The translations under genes were made by a program, and so were the position numbers. From an uncultured delta proteobacterium (GTDB lineage: Bacteria > Myxococcota_A > Polyangia > Haliangiales > Haliangiaceae): a stretch of 64,000 nt of DNA. The notes below the pieces were generated by a model. The model saw only the letters and a program-made list of their open reading frames with translations, was not told where the DNA came from and ran no database searches. Positions within the stretch are counted from its first letter, which is position 1, and the number at the start of each line of letters is the position of its first letter. The stretch is taken from assembly GCA_963848295.1 (NCBI GenBank), contig CAWKDB010000010.1:2464001-2528000 (forward strand), read 5' to 3'. Positions 20,084-31,421 of this stretch are shown here, piece by piece.

Positions 20084-21589
20084 ATGCGCAAGCTATTCGT
20101 GCGGTCGTTCGCGATCGCATTCATCGCTTTTGCGCTGCTGTTCGGGATCGAGTTCTTCCTCGAGTGGAACCGCGCCGGCCGGCCCGGCATGTCGGCGGTG
20201 TCGTGGGCCGGGATCAACAACGCGAAGCTCGTCGACGTGCTGTCGCCGATGGCGCGCGCCTACAACAACGTGCTCGCGATGCTCCTCGCGACGATCGGCC
20301 TCGCGATCCCGCTCACCGCGAGCATGCACACGCCGAAGCTGATCGAGATGTTCTTGCGCGACCGGGTCAACCGCTGGGTCCTGTCGTTCATGGCCATCGG
20401 CGCGGCGCACGTGCTGTGGGTCGACTACATCATCGGTCCGAAGTTCGCGCCGACCTGGGCGATCAACCTCGCGGTGTACTTCGCGATGCTCGGGTGGGCG
20501 CTGTTGATCCCGTACTTCTTCTACGTCGTGCGGTTCGTCGATCCGTCGCGGCTGATCATCCGGCTGCGCGATCGTGCGGCCGAGATCGTCGACAGGGTCG
20601 TCGAGCGCCACGCCGACCCGATCGAGTCCCAGCCCGAAGTGTCGACCGCGTTCAACCAGATCGGCACGATCATCATCAAGTCACTCGATCGCAATGACCG
20701 AGACGTCGCGGCCGAGGGCACGTGGGCGCTCAAGAGGCTGCTCGATCAGTACGAGGGCCAAAAGACGCGGATGCCGAAGGAGTGGTTCAAGGTCGACCGC
20801 GCGGACTTCGTCGGGCTGTCCGACGAGGCGCTCGAGATGCTGACCGAGAGCCGCACCTGGTACGAGATGAAGGCGCTCCAGCAGATCGAGCACGGGTTCA
20901 TGCGGGCGTTGAACAGCGCGACCGGCACCGTATCGACGTTCTCCGATGCGACCCGCGTGATCGCGGTGCGGGCGCACGCCCATCACGACGAACAGGCACT
21001 GCGTCTATGCATCCGGTTCTTCAACAACTTCCTGCGCGAGGCGATCAGGGCGCGCAACCTGCGCGCGGTCTACGACGTGTTCCACCAGTACCGTCGGCTC
21101 GGCCGCGAGCTCGTCGATCGCCCCGAGCTGTTGCGCGAGATCGGCCACCACTTCGCGTACTACGCCGGCATGGCTCGCACGTACGGCATGGTGTTCGCGC
21201 CGCAGCTCGCGCTGTTCGATCTCGGCTACGTCACGCGCCGCGCGTACGAACGAGCGTCGCCCGCGGCCGCCGACCTGCTGCGCGAGGTGCTCGCCCTGCC
21301 GCATCGCACCGGTGAAGACCTTCACACGATGGCGGTCAAGGCCAAGCTGATCCTCGGCGGGTTCTTCATCGAGAACAAATTGACCGCGGAAGCCGACCAG
21401 GTGCGCGACAATTTGCAGGACGTCTCGTCCGGACAGATCGTGCGCGCCGAAGCCCAGCTCCTCGCTGCCGATCAGTCGTTCTTCGAGGTCACCGATCGCC
21501 AGCTCAACCTCGAGTACGTGCCGCCGGAGCGCCGCGAGCCGTTGAGAGCGTTCTGCGCTTCGCTCCAGCCGAGTGGAGAGCGTCCATGA
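20084..21589 (+). CDS. DUF2254-like membrane protein
   Basis: Four N-terminal TMs with TPKLIEMFLRD, followed by a helical cytoplasmic domain. Confidence 0.65.
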   Translation: MRKLFVRSFAIAFIAFALLFGIEFFLEWNRAGRPGMSAVSWAGINNAKLVDVLSPMARAYNNVLAMLLATIGLAIPLTASMHTPKLIEMFLRDRVNRWVLSFMAIGAAHVLWVDYIIGPKFAPTWAINLAVYFAMLGWALLIPYFFYVVRFVDPSRLIIRLRDRAAEIVDRVVERHADPIESQPEVSTAFNQIGTIIIKSLDRNDRDVAAEGTWALKRLLDQYEGQKTRMPKEWFKVDRADFVGLSDEALEMLTESRTWYEMKALQQIEHGFMRALNSATGTVSTFSDATRVIAVRAHAHHDEQALRLCIRFFNNFLREAIRARNLRAVYDVFHQYRRLGRELVDRPELLREIGHHFAYYAGMARTYGMVFAPQLALFDLGYVTRRAYERASPAAADLLREVLALPHRTGEDLHTMAVKAKLILGGFFIENKLTAEADQVRDNLQDVSSGQIVRAEAQLLAADQSFFEVTDRQLNLEYVPPERREPLRAFCASLQPSGERP

Positions 21590-22053
21590 AGGCGATCGCG
21601 CTAGCGTTGCTCGCCGGATGCGCGAGCCACTACGCGTACACGTTCCAGGTCACCGATCCGGGCGCCCGCGCCGGTGCGCCCGGTGGACCGGAGACGCTCG
21701 AGGACGCCGATGTCAAAGCCGACGTGCTGGTCGACCCGAAGGCCGAGGCGATCGTGCTGACGCTGACGAACAAGACCGATCAGATCCTCGCGGTCGAGTG
21801 GAACGACATCCGGCTGACCCGCACCGACGGTCGCGTCTCTGCGGTCACCACGCTGCGACCCGATACCGACCTCGGCTGGATCCAGCCGGGCGCGAACCTC
21901 GAAGCCCGCCTGTTGCCGCTCGCGTTGCCGCGCAGCGGGGAAGCGGCCGCCGCCTACGAGGGCAGGCGCTTCGATCTGCAAGTGCCGCTGATCGTGCGGC
22001 GCGAGACCAAGCTCTATCACTACTCGCTCGTCGCGCACGTGAGGGCGCTGTAG
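21586..22053 (+). CDS. Hypothetical lipoprotein
   Basis: Lipobox LAGC; ATGA overlap with the upstream gene. Confidence 0.7.
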   Translation: MKAIALALLAGCASHYAYTFQVTDPGARAGAPGGPETLEDADVKADVLVDPKAEAIVLTLTNKTDQILAVEWNDIRLTRTDGRVSAVTTLRPDTDLGWIQPGANLEARLLPLALPRSGEAAAAYEGRRFDLQVPLIVRRETKLYHYSLVAHVRAL

Positions 22054-22058
22054 CAGCC

Positions 22059-23885
22059 ATGAGCAAGCACGCGATCGTCATGTCGTTCGTCTTGGCCGCG
22101 ATCGGTTGCGGACCGAGCTTCACGCTGCCGATGACCGCCGACCAGCTGTTGCAGCTCAACTCGGGGCCCGCGCTCGTCGCATATCTCGGTCAACCGGACG
22201 CGAACCCGAGCGTGTGCGACCTGCGCGCGCGGGGCCCGCACCTGCTCGCGTTCAGCGACGAGGTGCACGGCGCGCTCGTCGACGGCTTCGTCAAGGGCCG
22301 GATCGAGCCCGTGATGTGGCGACGCTGCGTCGAGCTCGTGATCAAGAACATGCCGCCGACCCAGGTCGCATCGCTGTTCGACGAGCTGCTACGCGCTTAC
22401 CAGTCGATGGTCAAGAGCGACCATCTGCAGAGCGATCCGGCGTTCGCCGAGCGCGTCGCGACGATCCAGCGGCTGTACCTCGAGCGCGCCGAGGGGCTCG
22501 ACGGTCATCCGGGGGTCACCACCGCGATCTTCGACGATCTGCGCGACGCCTTGGCGAAGCGCAAGCTCGGGCCGGTCGGCAAGAGCTTCGCCGAGGAAGT
22601 GATCGGCACGGTCGACGTCTCGCACGGCAACTGGCAAGGACGCGCGGTCGACCTCGCGCTCATGGATGCGCTCGCCGCCGCCGGCAACGAGATGACGCTC
22701 GAGCGTTTCGCATCGCGCTTGCCCCAGCCCGATCTGCGCGAGCAAGCGGCGCGACGGCTCGTGCGCATTCACATCGCGCTGTCCCCGTTCGACGAGGTGC
22801 GCAAGAACGCCGCGAAGATCGAAGAGGCGGTCGTCCGCGATGGTCACAACCGCGTGGTGATCGCAGAGCACAGGCTCGCGCGCGCGTGGTTCGACGACAA
22901 CAAGACGCCGGTGCGCTACGTCGTCGTGCGCCAACACGTATGGGACCGAACCGCGACGCTGCTCGGCTCGGGTGAGAATCGGCCCGGCCTATCGGTGCTG
23001 CCCGAGCTCGCGCTTCGCGGCAGCTTGTTCGCCGAGCTCAAAGGCATCTCGCGCCCGGTCACGCTGTGCGGCGCGGCGCAGAAGCTCGACCCGACGCCGT
23101 GCATCGCGGTGAGCGACGTCGCGCTCGACAACCCGCTCGCGTATCTCGACGATGGTGGCGTGCATTTCCGCGACGACATCGCGGAGAACGAAGTCGTGCC
23201 GCTCGCGGCGAATTCCGCGTTCTCGCTGCCGGTGCGGCTCGCGAACCTGCCGGCCGCGGCGCTGCAGTGGGGCCTCGGCTTCGAGAAGCCCGACGACCTC
23301 GACTTCGGGGCGCCGGTGGCTGCGCGCGGCCCGGATCTCGAAGTCCGGGTCGATCATCCGAACCGCGATCGCTACGTCTACACGGTGAGCGGAGCGCAGG
23401 GTTACGCCGCCGTGGTTCAGGCGGCCGACCTCGGCGCGTTTCACGTCGACAGTCGCGGCGGCAACGGCCCGTCGGGCTCGACCGGTGCCAGCGGCTCGAC
23501 CGGCAGCGCCGGATCGGAGTGCAGTGCGGGCGGGCCGGGCGGCAACGGCGGACCCGGCGGCGACGGCGGCCGCGGCGGCAACGGTGGCAACGTCCACGTC
23601 GTGATCTCGTGCCAGACCGCGGGCTGCGATGTCGCAGCGGTGCAGCGCACGATCGCGAGCATCGGCGGCTACGGTGGCGCAGGTGGCTCGGGCGGCCAAG
23701 GCGGCCAGGGTGGCCAAGGCGGCGCGGCGAGATCTCAGACGACCCACACCGACAGCAACGGCGCGACCGTCGTCGATGACGCGGGCTGTTCCGCCGGCTC
23801 CAACGGTTCGAACGGTGCGTCGGGCTCGCGCGGTTCAGACGGCCGGCCCGGCAGCCCGGGCCGCGTCACCGTCGATATCCGCTAG
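22059..23885 (+). CDS. Hypothetical lipoprotein with C-terminal G-X-X (polyglycine/collagen-like) repeats
   Basis: MSKHAIVMSFVLAAIGC lipobox; GGNGPSGSTGASGSTG...GGPGGNGGPGGDGGRGGNGG. Confidence 0.7.
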   Translation: MSKHAIVMSFVLAAIGCGPSFTLPMTADQLLQLNSGPALVAYLGQPDANPSVCDLRARGPHLLAFSDEVHGALVDGFVKGRIEPVMWRRCVELVIKNMPPTQVASLFDELLRAYQSMVKSDHLQSDPAFAERVATIQRLYLERAEGLDGHPGVTTAIFDDLRDALAKRKLGPVGKSFAEEVIGTVDVSHGNWQGRAVDLALMDALAAAGNEMTLERFASRLPQPDLREQAARRLVRIHIALSPFDEVRKNAAKIEEAVVRDGHNRVVIAEHRLARAWFDDNKTPVRYVVVRQHVWDRTATLLGSGENRPGLSVLPELALRGSLFAELKGISRPVTLCGAAQKLDPTPCIAVSDVALDNPLAYLDDGGVHFRDDIAENEVVPLAANSAFSLPVRLANLPAAALQWGLGFEKPDDLDFGAPVAARGPDLEVRVDHPNRDRYVYTVSGAQGYAAVVQAADLGAFHVDSRGGNGPSGSTGASGSTGSAGSECSAGGPGGNGGPGGDGGRGGNGGNVHVVISCQTAGCDVAAVQRTIASIGGYGGAGGSGGQGGQGGQGGAARSQTTHTDSNGATVVDDAGCSAGSNGSNGASGSRGSDGRPGSPGRVTVDIR

Positions 23886-24304
23886 GGCTTGGGCACGAGC
23901 TCTTGGTCGGTCGGATGCGGCCGGCCGCTGTGATCGCGCTCGAGCGAGCCGGTCTGCGACGACCACATGACGTAGCCGACGATCGCGAGGATGAGCAGCG
24001 CGATCACGACCAGCGCACCGACCGGCACGCGATCGCCGAAGGTCTTGCCAGCGAAGAACCGCCCGGCCGAACGCTTGTGGATCGTATCGGTCACATCTTG
24101 CGCGAAGCTCTCCGGCGCCCGCGCCTTGTGCATCCCCGACACGAGCTTGCGCGTCTCGACCATCTCGTCGTGCGCGCGCTTCCACTCCGGCTGCTCCGCG
24201 ATCTTCGCCGCGACCGAGGCTCGCTGGTCCGGCGACAGCGCACCGTCGAGGTAATCCGACAACGCGATCACCATCTCGTCATCGAGCTCGGGCTCTTCGC
24301 TCAT
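23882..24304 (-). CDS. Putative membrane-anchored anti-sigma factor
   Basis: LSDYLDGALS ASD-like N-terminus plus one TM; directly downstream of an ECF sigma factor. Confidence 0.75.
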   Translation of the reverse strand: MSEEPELDDEMVIALSDYLDGALSPDQRASVAAKIAEQPEWKRAHDEMVETRKLVSGMHKARAPESFAQDVTDTIHKRSAGRFFAGKTFGDRVPVGALVVIALLILAIVGYVMWSSQTGSLERDHSGRPHPTDQELVPKP

Positions 24305-24314
24305 CGCAGCTCCT

Positions 24315-24890
24315 TCATACGTGGCGCTGGAGTTTCTTGCGCAGCGCGAGGCGCCCGCGGTGAAGGCGAGACTTCACGGTGCCGTCGGGCAGCCCGGTGA
24401 TCTCGCAGATCTCTTCGATCGACAAGTCTTCGATGTCGCGCAGCACGATCACGGTGCGATGGTCCTCATCGAGGCCCGCGATCGCCTCCTGCATCAGCTG
24501 TTCGATCTGAGCGCCTTCGAGCGCGCGATCCGGCGCCGAGGGCACCGCGCTGCCGATCGCGCCGTTGGTCCCGGTCGACCGGGTCTCGTCGACCTCGTCA
24601 CGGTCACGGCGATAGTCCGGCCGTCGCGACAGGTACTTGATCCGGTTCTTGCAGTGATTGACCGTGACTCGGTACAGCCAGGTCGAGAACTTCGACTCCT
24701 CGCGAAAGGTGTCGATCGTCTTGAACACCGTGATGAACACCTCCTGCGCGACGTCCTCCGCATGGGTCGGTCCGAGCATCCGAAAGGCGATGTTGAACAC
24801 CCGATCCCGATGAGCGTCGATCAACTCCCGGAACGCCCGCTCGTCGCGGTCGCGCAGCCGCCGCAGGAGGGTCCGCTCGAGCTCAGACAT
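24315..24890 (-). CDS. ECF sigma factor (RpoE/SigW-like)
   Basis: AEDVAQEVF, FSTWLYRVTVN, LSIEEICEITGLPDGTVKSRLHRGR. Confidence 0.95.
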   Translation of the reverse strand: MSELERTLLRRLRDRDERAFRELIDAHRDRVFNIAFRMLGPTHAEDVAQEVFITVFKTIDTFREESKFSTWLYRVTVNHCKNRIKYLSRRPDYRRDRDEVDETRSTGTNGAIGSAVPSAPDRALEGAQIEQLMQEAIAGLDEDHRTVIVLRDIEDLSIEEICEITGLPDGTVKSRLHRGRLALRKKLQRHV

Positions 24891-25166
24891 GGGGAAGCGC
24901 GAGCATACCCCCGAGATGACACCAGAAACCGGGCCCGGGTTTCCACTCCCGGTGGCCGGCGTTTCCGATATGGCTTTTCGGCGAAAGCGGCTGTAGTTTC
25001 AGAGCTGCCACGGTTCGTCGGTTTGCTCTGGTTTGCCGTTTGCGTTTGCTACGGGTCGGCCATCGCTTGTTCCGGTGCTCAGTGGGCTCACAGTTTCGAA
25101 ACCCGCTTCCGAGCACGTAGGCCCCTCTAGGGGCGGGTCAAGCATCAGGGCCAGATCGAGATAGCG

Positions 25167-25613
25167 ATGAACACTCGTCTGTACGTTGGAAACCTTTCGT
25201 TCAATACCACTGCTGATGGCGTCCGCACCGCGTTCCAGGACTTTGGAACGGTCAGCGACGTCCACCTCGTCACCGATCGCGAGACGGGCCGCTCGCGCGG
25301 CTTCGCGTTCGTGACGATGGGCACCACCGAGGAGGCCGCGAAGGCCATCGAAGGCATGGACGGCAAGACCCTCGACGGTCGCCCGCTCCGCGTTAACGAA
25401 GCCGAACAGCGCCAAGCTCGCGGCGGCGGCGGCGGTGGCGGCGGCGGGTTCCGCGGCGGCGGCGGTGGCGGCGGCTATCGCGGCGGCGGCGGCGGTGACT
25501 ACGGCGGTGGTGGCGGCGGCGGTGGTGGTGACTACGGCGGTGGCGGCGGCGACGGCGGCCGTGGTGGTCGCGGTGGTCGCGGCCGCGGCGGTGGCGGCGG
25601 CGATCGCTGGTAG
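25167..25613 (+). CDS. RRM RNA-binding protein with Gly/RGG-rich tail
   Basis: RNP2 LYVGNL, RNP1 RGFAFVTM, LRVNEA; long poly-Gly/RGG tail. Confidence 0.95.
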   Translation: MNTRLYVGNLSFNTTADGVRTAFQDFGTVSDVHLVTDRETGRSRGFAFVTMGTTEEAAKAIEGMDGKTLDGRPLRVNEAEQRQARGGGGGGGGGFRGGGGGGGYRGGGGGDYGGGGGGGGGDYGGGGGDGGRGGRGGRGRGGGGGDRW

Positions 25614-25643
25614 CTCGAACCAACGACAACTGACGCAACGAAT

Positions 25644-25683
25644 CGGGGAGCTCGCCACACGGCGCGCTCCCCGTTCTCATTTC
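25644..25683 (+). terminator. Putative intrinsic terminator after the RRM gene
   Basis: Stem cggggagc(t)cgcc-acac-ggcg(c)gctccccg followed by ttctcatttc. Confidence 0.6.
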
Positions 25684-25750
25684 GGGCGGTTTGCGATTTC
25701 GGATCGTGGACATCCACGCCTCATGATTCGTCACAACTCTTGGATGGCGC

Positions 25751-25972
25751 TCACGTGGCTCGCCCGGAGGGCACCGCGAACACGCTGACCGGGCTGCCGC
25801 GCAGATAACCGACACCGAGCATCCTCGCGCGGTAGGCCGTCTCGGTGCGCAGCGCGGCGACCGCGGCGGCCACGCGCAGCGTGATGTGGAGCGGCTTGGT
25901 CGGATCGAGCTCGGCACGTCGCACGTGCCGCTGATAGCTGGACACATTTTGCCGTCCTCTTCGGCGGCATTC
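25751..25972 (-). pseudogene. Degenerate Y1/HUH (REP-associated tyrosine transposase-like) N-terminal remnant
   Basis: MPPKRTAKCVQLS, then shifted HVRRAELDPTKPLHITLRVAAAVAALR; resembles the N-terminal H-x-T-L-R segment of myxobacterial RAYT-like transposases; truncated before the HUH motif. Confidence 0.5.
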
Positions 25973-26047
25973 GCCTCGGGACGTTCGACAGCGAGCACAC
26001 CGATCGCGGTCTACGCGTCCCTCGTCGTCGGCGCTTGAAGGCGGGCG

Positions 26048-26100
26048 AAGTGTCAGGGATGTCCTTGGACTGAAGTGTCAGGGATGTCCGTGCTTGCACA
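26048..26100 (+). mobile_element. Isolated IS end (IS481-like): two 17-bp direct repeats ending in ...ACA
   Basis: aagtgtcagggatgtcc at 26048-26064 and 26073-26089 (25-bp period), terminating gcttgcaca; no transposase nearby. Confidence 0.6.
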
Positions 26101-26105
26101 AAACC

Positions 26106-26246
26106 CTGTGGATGCTGACGCGGCGTGGACGGCTCGGAAAACCGCGGGCGACGACACCGAGGATTCGCAATGACGACGAGGTGCGGTTGCCCGACCCGAC
26201 CACCCCGCTTGGACAGCCGCTGCGCGCCTGTCCACAGCATCCACAG
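26106..26246. repeat. Nested inverted-repeat element
   Basis: Perfect 12-bp IR ctgtggatgctg (26106-26117) / cagcatccacag (26235-26246); inner hairpin tggacag...ctgtcca (26210-26234). Confidence 0.75.
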
Positions 26247-26357
26247 CGCTGCGGCTACTGGTTTCGGAGATTTTTGTTTGGGGAAGATTCGGACTTGAAC
26301 CGGCGCGCCTCGACCGAACGACAACGAGTTCCCGTGGGCGCCGTCAATGACGACTGG

Positions 26358-26620
26358 CTACGGCGGACCTGAGTGGACCGCTACGCATCGGCCATATTCG
26401 CGTCCCGCACGCTGATACCTCGAGAGCCCGATCACGGTCGCGCACGACTGCTCACTCACGCTACACAGCTGGCCACGCGCACCGCCATCGTCGAGATAGG
26501 TCGCGCACCATGCTGCAGAAACTTCCAAGCAACCGCCTCCCGCGGAAACACACGCAGGGTTGTCCGGCCAGCAGGTCCCATCACCGCTCGAGGCGCACCA
26601 ATAGCCGGCCGCCGCGCTGG
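26358..26620 (-). CDS. Possible small Cys-rich protein or gene fragment (start uncertain)
   Basis: GYWCASSGDGTCWPDNPACVSAGGGCLEVSAAWCATY...LCSVSEQSC...YGRC has 8 regularly spaced Cys; no clear start or signal peptide. Confidence 0.35.
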
Positions 26621-26686
26621 GCGTGCGTTTCGCGACGCGACGACGATGATTGATTGCCCCTCTGCGGCGCGTTAGGGTGCGCCACC

Positions 26687-27739
<1,053 letters not shown>

Positions 27740-27816
27740 ACGCCCCGACGTGTCGGCGACGCGGCGCGCAACGTAAGATTTGCGGGAGATCGGGGGCGTG
27801 CACGTATGATGTGCGG

Positions 27817-29556
27817 ATGGGGAAGCTTTGGCTCGCGCTCGCGGTCGTCACGACCGCGGCATGTCACTTCACGTCGAACGCGACCGGCGACGGCGGTGGG
27901 CCGACGATCGACGCATCGAGCGCGACGTGCGGCAACGGCATCGTCGAGCCCGGCGAGGACTGCGACGACGGCGACACGAAAGCCGACTCGTACTGCGACT
28001 CGATGTGCCACTTCACGTGCGGCAACGGCGTGGTCGACAGCGATCAAGGCGAGACCTGCGATACCTCGATCGCGAGCGGGCCGGGCTCGTGTCCGACCGC
28101 GTGCGACGATGGCGATGCGTGTACGACCGACGTGCTCGAAGGCTCGGGCTGCACGGCGCAGTGCGTGTACTCGCCGATCACGTCCGCGATCGACGGCGAC
28201 GGCTGCTGTCCGGCGGGCGCGAACGCGAACACCGATAACGACTGCACCGCGATGTGCGGCAACGGCGTGCTCGAAGCCGGCGAGCTGTGCGATCCGGGCA
28301 TCGTCGCGGGCGCGGGTGCGTGCCCGGAGTCGTGCGACGACGATCAATCCTGCACGACCGACACGTTGGTCAGCGGCGGTACGTGCCAGGCGATGTGTAC
28401 GTTCACCGCGATCACGATGCCGATCAACAACGATGGCTGTTGCCCGGCCGGCGCGAACCCCGGCGATGACAACGATTGCAGCGCCGCGTGCGGCAACGGC
28501 TTCGTCGATGTCGGCGAGACGTGTGACACGGCGATCGCGAGCGGCGCCGGCAAGTGCCCGACGGCGTGCGACGATGGCATCGCGTGCACGTCGAACGTGC
28601 TGTCGAATCCGGGCACGTGCACCGCGGCCTGCGTCTATCCGGCGATCACGATGCCGATCAACGGCGACGGGTGCTGCCCGACCGGTGCGAACGCGAACGA
28701 CGACAACGATTGCGCGCCGGTGTGCGGTAACGGCGTCGTCGAAGCCGGCGAGCAATGCGACGACGGCAACACGGACAACACCGACGCCTGCGACAACACG
28801 TGCCACACGCACGTCGTGGCGACCGCGTTCCGGTTCAACACGCTCGAGCTGCGCGATCCGCACACGTGGATCAACGTGCCGATCCTCGGCTGTAAGGACA
28901 TCACGGATAACAAGTTGCTCGGCGAGCCGTCGGTCAACGACCAGCTGCTGTCCGAGATCACGACCGACAGCAACGGCGATGGCTTGCTCGACTTGTCGCC
29001 GACGCTCGTGTTCCGCCCGCTCGATCAGGTCAACGCCCACATGCCCGCGCTCCAGCTCTACTTCGCCGATTGCACGTCGCCGCTCGCGTCGACCTCGTGC
29101 AAGCCAAACGCGCAAGTGCCGGTCGCGTTGACCGCGACGAACCAATCGACCGGGACGTGCCTCGCGACGATCGCCGGCACGGTGAAGCCCTACTCGCCGG
29201 CGGTGACGACGACGACCGGGCCGTGCTTCGTGTCCGCATCGTCGACGATCGCGGTCAGCATCGTCGGCATCCCGCTCACGCTGCACGATGCGCGAATCGC
29301 CGCGACGTACTCTGGCTCGCCGGCGACTCAGGTCGTCAACGGCTTGCTCGTCGGGTTCATGACCGAGACCGACGCCAACGCGACGAATCTGCCGTCGGAT
29401 CTGCCGCTCGTCGGCGGCAAGCCGCTGAGCACGATCCTCGCCGGCGGCACCGGCGCCTGCGCGAGCTTCTCGGACAAGGACACCGACAACGGCACGTCCG
29501 GCTGGTGGTTCTACCTGAACTTCACGGCACCGGTCACGACCTGGTCCGACAACTGA
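27817..29556 (+). CDS. Myxococcal Cys-rich repeat (DUF4215-like) lipoprotein
   Basis: Lipobox TAAC; five CGNG-x-V-x-x-GE-x-CD repeats and three DGCCP-x-GAN-x-x-x-DNDC repeats; C-terminal beta domain. Confidence 0.85.
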   Translation: MGKLWLALAVVTTAACHFTSNATGDGGGPTIDASSATCGNGIVEPGEDCDDGDTKADSYCDSMCHFTCGNGVVDSDQGETCDTSIASGPGSCPTACDDGDACTTDVLEGSGCTAQCVYSPITSAIDGDGCCPAGANANTDNDCTAMCGNGVLEAGELCDPGIVAGAGACPESCDDDQSCTTDTLVSGGTCQAMCTFTAITMPINNDGCCPAGANPGDDNDCSAACGNGFVDVGETCDTAIASGAGKCPTACDDGIACTSNVLSNPGTCTAACVYPAITMPINGDGCCPTGANANDDNDCAPVCGNGVVEAGEQCDDGNTDNTDACDNTCHTHVVATAFRFNTLELRDPHTWINVPILGCKDITDNKLLGEPSVNDQLLSEITTDSNGDGLLDLSPTLVFRPLDQVNAHMPALQLYFADCTSPLASTSCKPNAQVPVALTATNQSTGTCLATIAGTVKPYSPAVTTTTGPCFVSASSTIAVSIVGIPLTLHDARIAATYSGSPATQVVNGLLVGFMTETDANATNLPSDLPLVGGKPLSTILAGGTGACASFSDKDTDNGTSGWWFYLNFTAPVTTWSDN

Positions 29557-29574
29557 TCGTGCTACGCACGGGGG

Positions 29575-30147
29575 ATGCGGATCGACAAGGTCTACACCCG
29601 CGGCGGCGACCAAGGCCAAACCTCGCTGATCGGCGGCGACCGAGTCTCGAAGGCGTCGCCGCGGATCGCTTGTTACGGGACGATCGACGAGCTCAACGCG
29701 GTCATCGGTCTGATGATCGAAGCGCTCGGCGCGTCGGCGGCCGGGCCGCACCTGTCGCCGATCTTGCAGCGTGTCCAGAACGAGCTGTTCAACCTCGGCT
29801 GCGAGCTCGCGACGCCGGACGGCGACCGCCGCGCGAAGATGCCGCGCATCGAGCCGCGCCACGTCGATGGGCTCGAGCGCGATATCGATGCGGTCAACGA
29901 CGAGTTGCCGGCGCTCACGTCATTCGTGCTGCCGGGCGGCGGCTGGCCCTCGGCGTACGGCCATCTGGCGCGCACCGTGTGCCGGCGCGCCGAGCGCCTC
30001 GTCGTCGAGCTCGGTGCGGATGAGCCGATCGGCGAGTTGCCGGTGCGCTACCTCAATCGCCTGTCGGATGCGCTGTTCGTGTGGGGGCGCTGGTGCGCGC
30101 TCAAGGACGGCAAGCCCGAGGCGCTGTGGGATTCGCGCGCGACTTAG
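29575..30147 (+). CDS. pduO: PduO-type ATP:cob(I)alamin adenosyltransferase
   Basis: [48 protein letters not shown]. Confidence 0.95.
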   Translation: MRIDKVYTRGGDQGQTSLIGGDRVSKASPRIACYGTIDELNAVIGLMIEALGASAAGPHLSPILQRVQNELFNLGCELATPDGDRRAKMPRIEPRHVDGLERDIDAVNDELPALTSFVLPGGGWPSAYGHLARTVCRRAERLVVELGADEPIGELPVRYLNRLSDALFVWGRWCALKDGKPEALWDSRAT

Positions 30148-31421
30148 CGCGGGTGCTTCGCGAGCGCGTCGAGCCCCGCTCGTGCACTGGCGCGAACCTC
30201 GGCGTTCGAGTCGTCGATCGCGGCCTTGAATCGGCGCTCGGCCTCGCTCAGGTCGCGCGCGTCGACCAGCATCCAGCCGAGCATCGCGGACGCTTCGCCT
30301 CGATGATGCGAGCTCGCGTGACCGTCGCAAACGTCGCGAAACGCGGTGACGGCTGCGGCTGCGGCGGCCGCGCGCGTCGAGCTTTGCGCCGACTTCGCCA
30401 AGCGTGCGAGCGACACCGCGCGCCAGTACCGAGCGTCGTCGGCGAGCGCCCCGTCGGGAGCGAGCTCGAGTCCGCGGCCAAACGCGTCGGCGGCGCCGCG
30501 GAAGTCGCCGGAGCGCAGGGCGGCCCACGCGGCGTCGTACGCCAGCGCGTCGGCAGGCCGCGGCGCGGGCTGTAGTTGCGGCGACGGTCGGTGTCCCGGT
30601 ACGACCACCGGCGACGGTGGTCGATGAATGGCGACCCGAGGTGACATCGGGATCGGCGCCGGCGCGGCAACCTGGGCTCGCTCGACCACGACCGCCGGGG
30701 GCGCGGCCGCCGTGACCTCGGGCGGATGCCAGCTCTCACCGCCGTGCAGCACGGTCGTCGGCTGGCCGGCTGGACGGACCTCGACGCGGCCGTGCACCAC
30801 GTTCACCGCGACGAGGTGATCGCGATCGGCGGTCACGCTAAACGCCGTACCGCGGACCTCGACCTCGCCATCGCCGACGACGACTCGGAACCGCTCGCCC
30901 GGCGCGAGCGGCGACACCTCGACGTCGATCGTGCCATCCCGCAGGCGCGCGACCTCGTCGGGCGGTTGCGACGTCGTCGCGACCAACGCGCGCGCGTGCG
31001 GATAGATCGTACCGTGCGCGACGTGCTCCGGTACGTGAGGCGCGACGACGACGATCGCGACCGCGGCGGCCGCGACCGCGGCGAGCCCGAGCCCGACGCT
31101 CGCTCCGATCATGATCGACACGCGCCGGCGCCGCCGCGGTTGGATCGCCATCGGCAACGGCATCGCGAGCAACGCGGTGCGAACCTCTTCGCGATGGCTC
31201 GAGCTCGGCACGTCGACCGGGAGCTCGCGCGCGAACCGCAACGCGGCGTCGAGCTCTTGCCACGCGGCGCGACAGCTCGCGCAACTCTCGATGTGCGCGG
31301 CGAGGTTCGCGTCGATCGCACCGCGCCGCCATTCGGCTGCGCTGACGCCCGGGGCCATGCCCCGCGCGTCGAGACCAGCGCCAGCCGCGCGCAACAGCTC
31401 GCGTTCGCGCTTGCACGTCAT
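30144..31421 (-). CDS. Anti-sigma factor: zinc-binding ASD + TM + FecR domain + TPR-like C-terminus
   Basis: [10 protein letters not shown] helix, [19 protein letters not shown]...VVHGRVEV, Pro linker, [11 protein letters not shown]. Confidence 0.85.
   Translation of the reverse strand: MTCKRERELLRAAGAGLDARGMAPGVSAAEWRRGAIDANLAAHIESCASCRAAWQELDAALRFARELPVDVPSSSHREEVRTALLAMPLPMAIQPRRRRRVSIMIGASVGLGLAAVAAAAVAIVVVAPHVPEHVAHGTIYPHARALVATTSQPPDEVARLRDGTIDVEVSPLAPGERFRVVVGDGEVEVRGTAFSVTADRDHLVAVNVVHGRVEVRPAGQPTTVLHGGESWHPPEVTAAAPPAVVVERAQVAAPAPIPMSPRVAIHRPPSPVVVPGHRPSPQLQPAPRPADALAYDAAWAALRSGDFRGAADAFGRGLELAPDGALADDARYWRAVSLARLAKSAQSSTRAAAAAAAVTAFRDVCDGHASSHHRGEASAMLGWMLVDARDLSEAERRFKAAIDDSNAEVRASARAGLDALAKHPR

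Noticed and set aside
25418..25605. GGC/GGT-rich repetitive tract
   Set aside because: It encodes the Gly/RGG tail of the RRM protein and is not an independent repeat array.
26048..26089. 17-bp direct repeat pair as a mini-CRISPR or iterons
   Set aside because: Only two copies with an 8-bp spacer and no cas or rep gene; it fits an IS end better.
27925..28800. Recurring tgcggcaacggc motifs resembling a spaced repeat array or CRISPR
   Set aside because: These are degenerate in-frame Cys-rich protein repeats, with no constant DNA repeat, unique spacers or cas genes.
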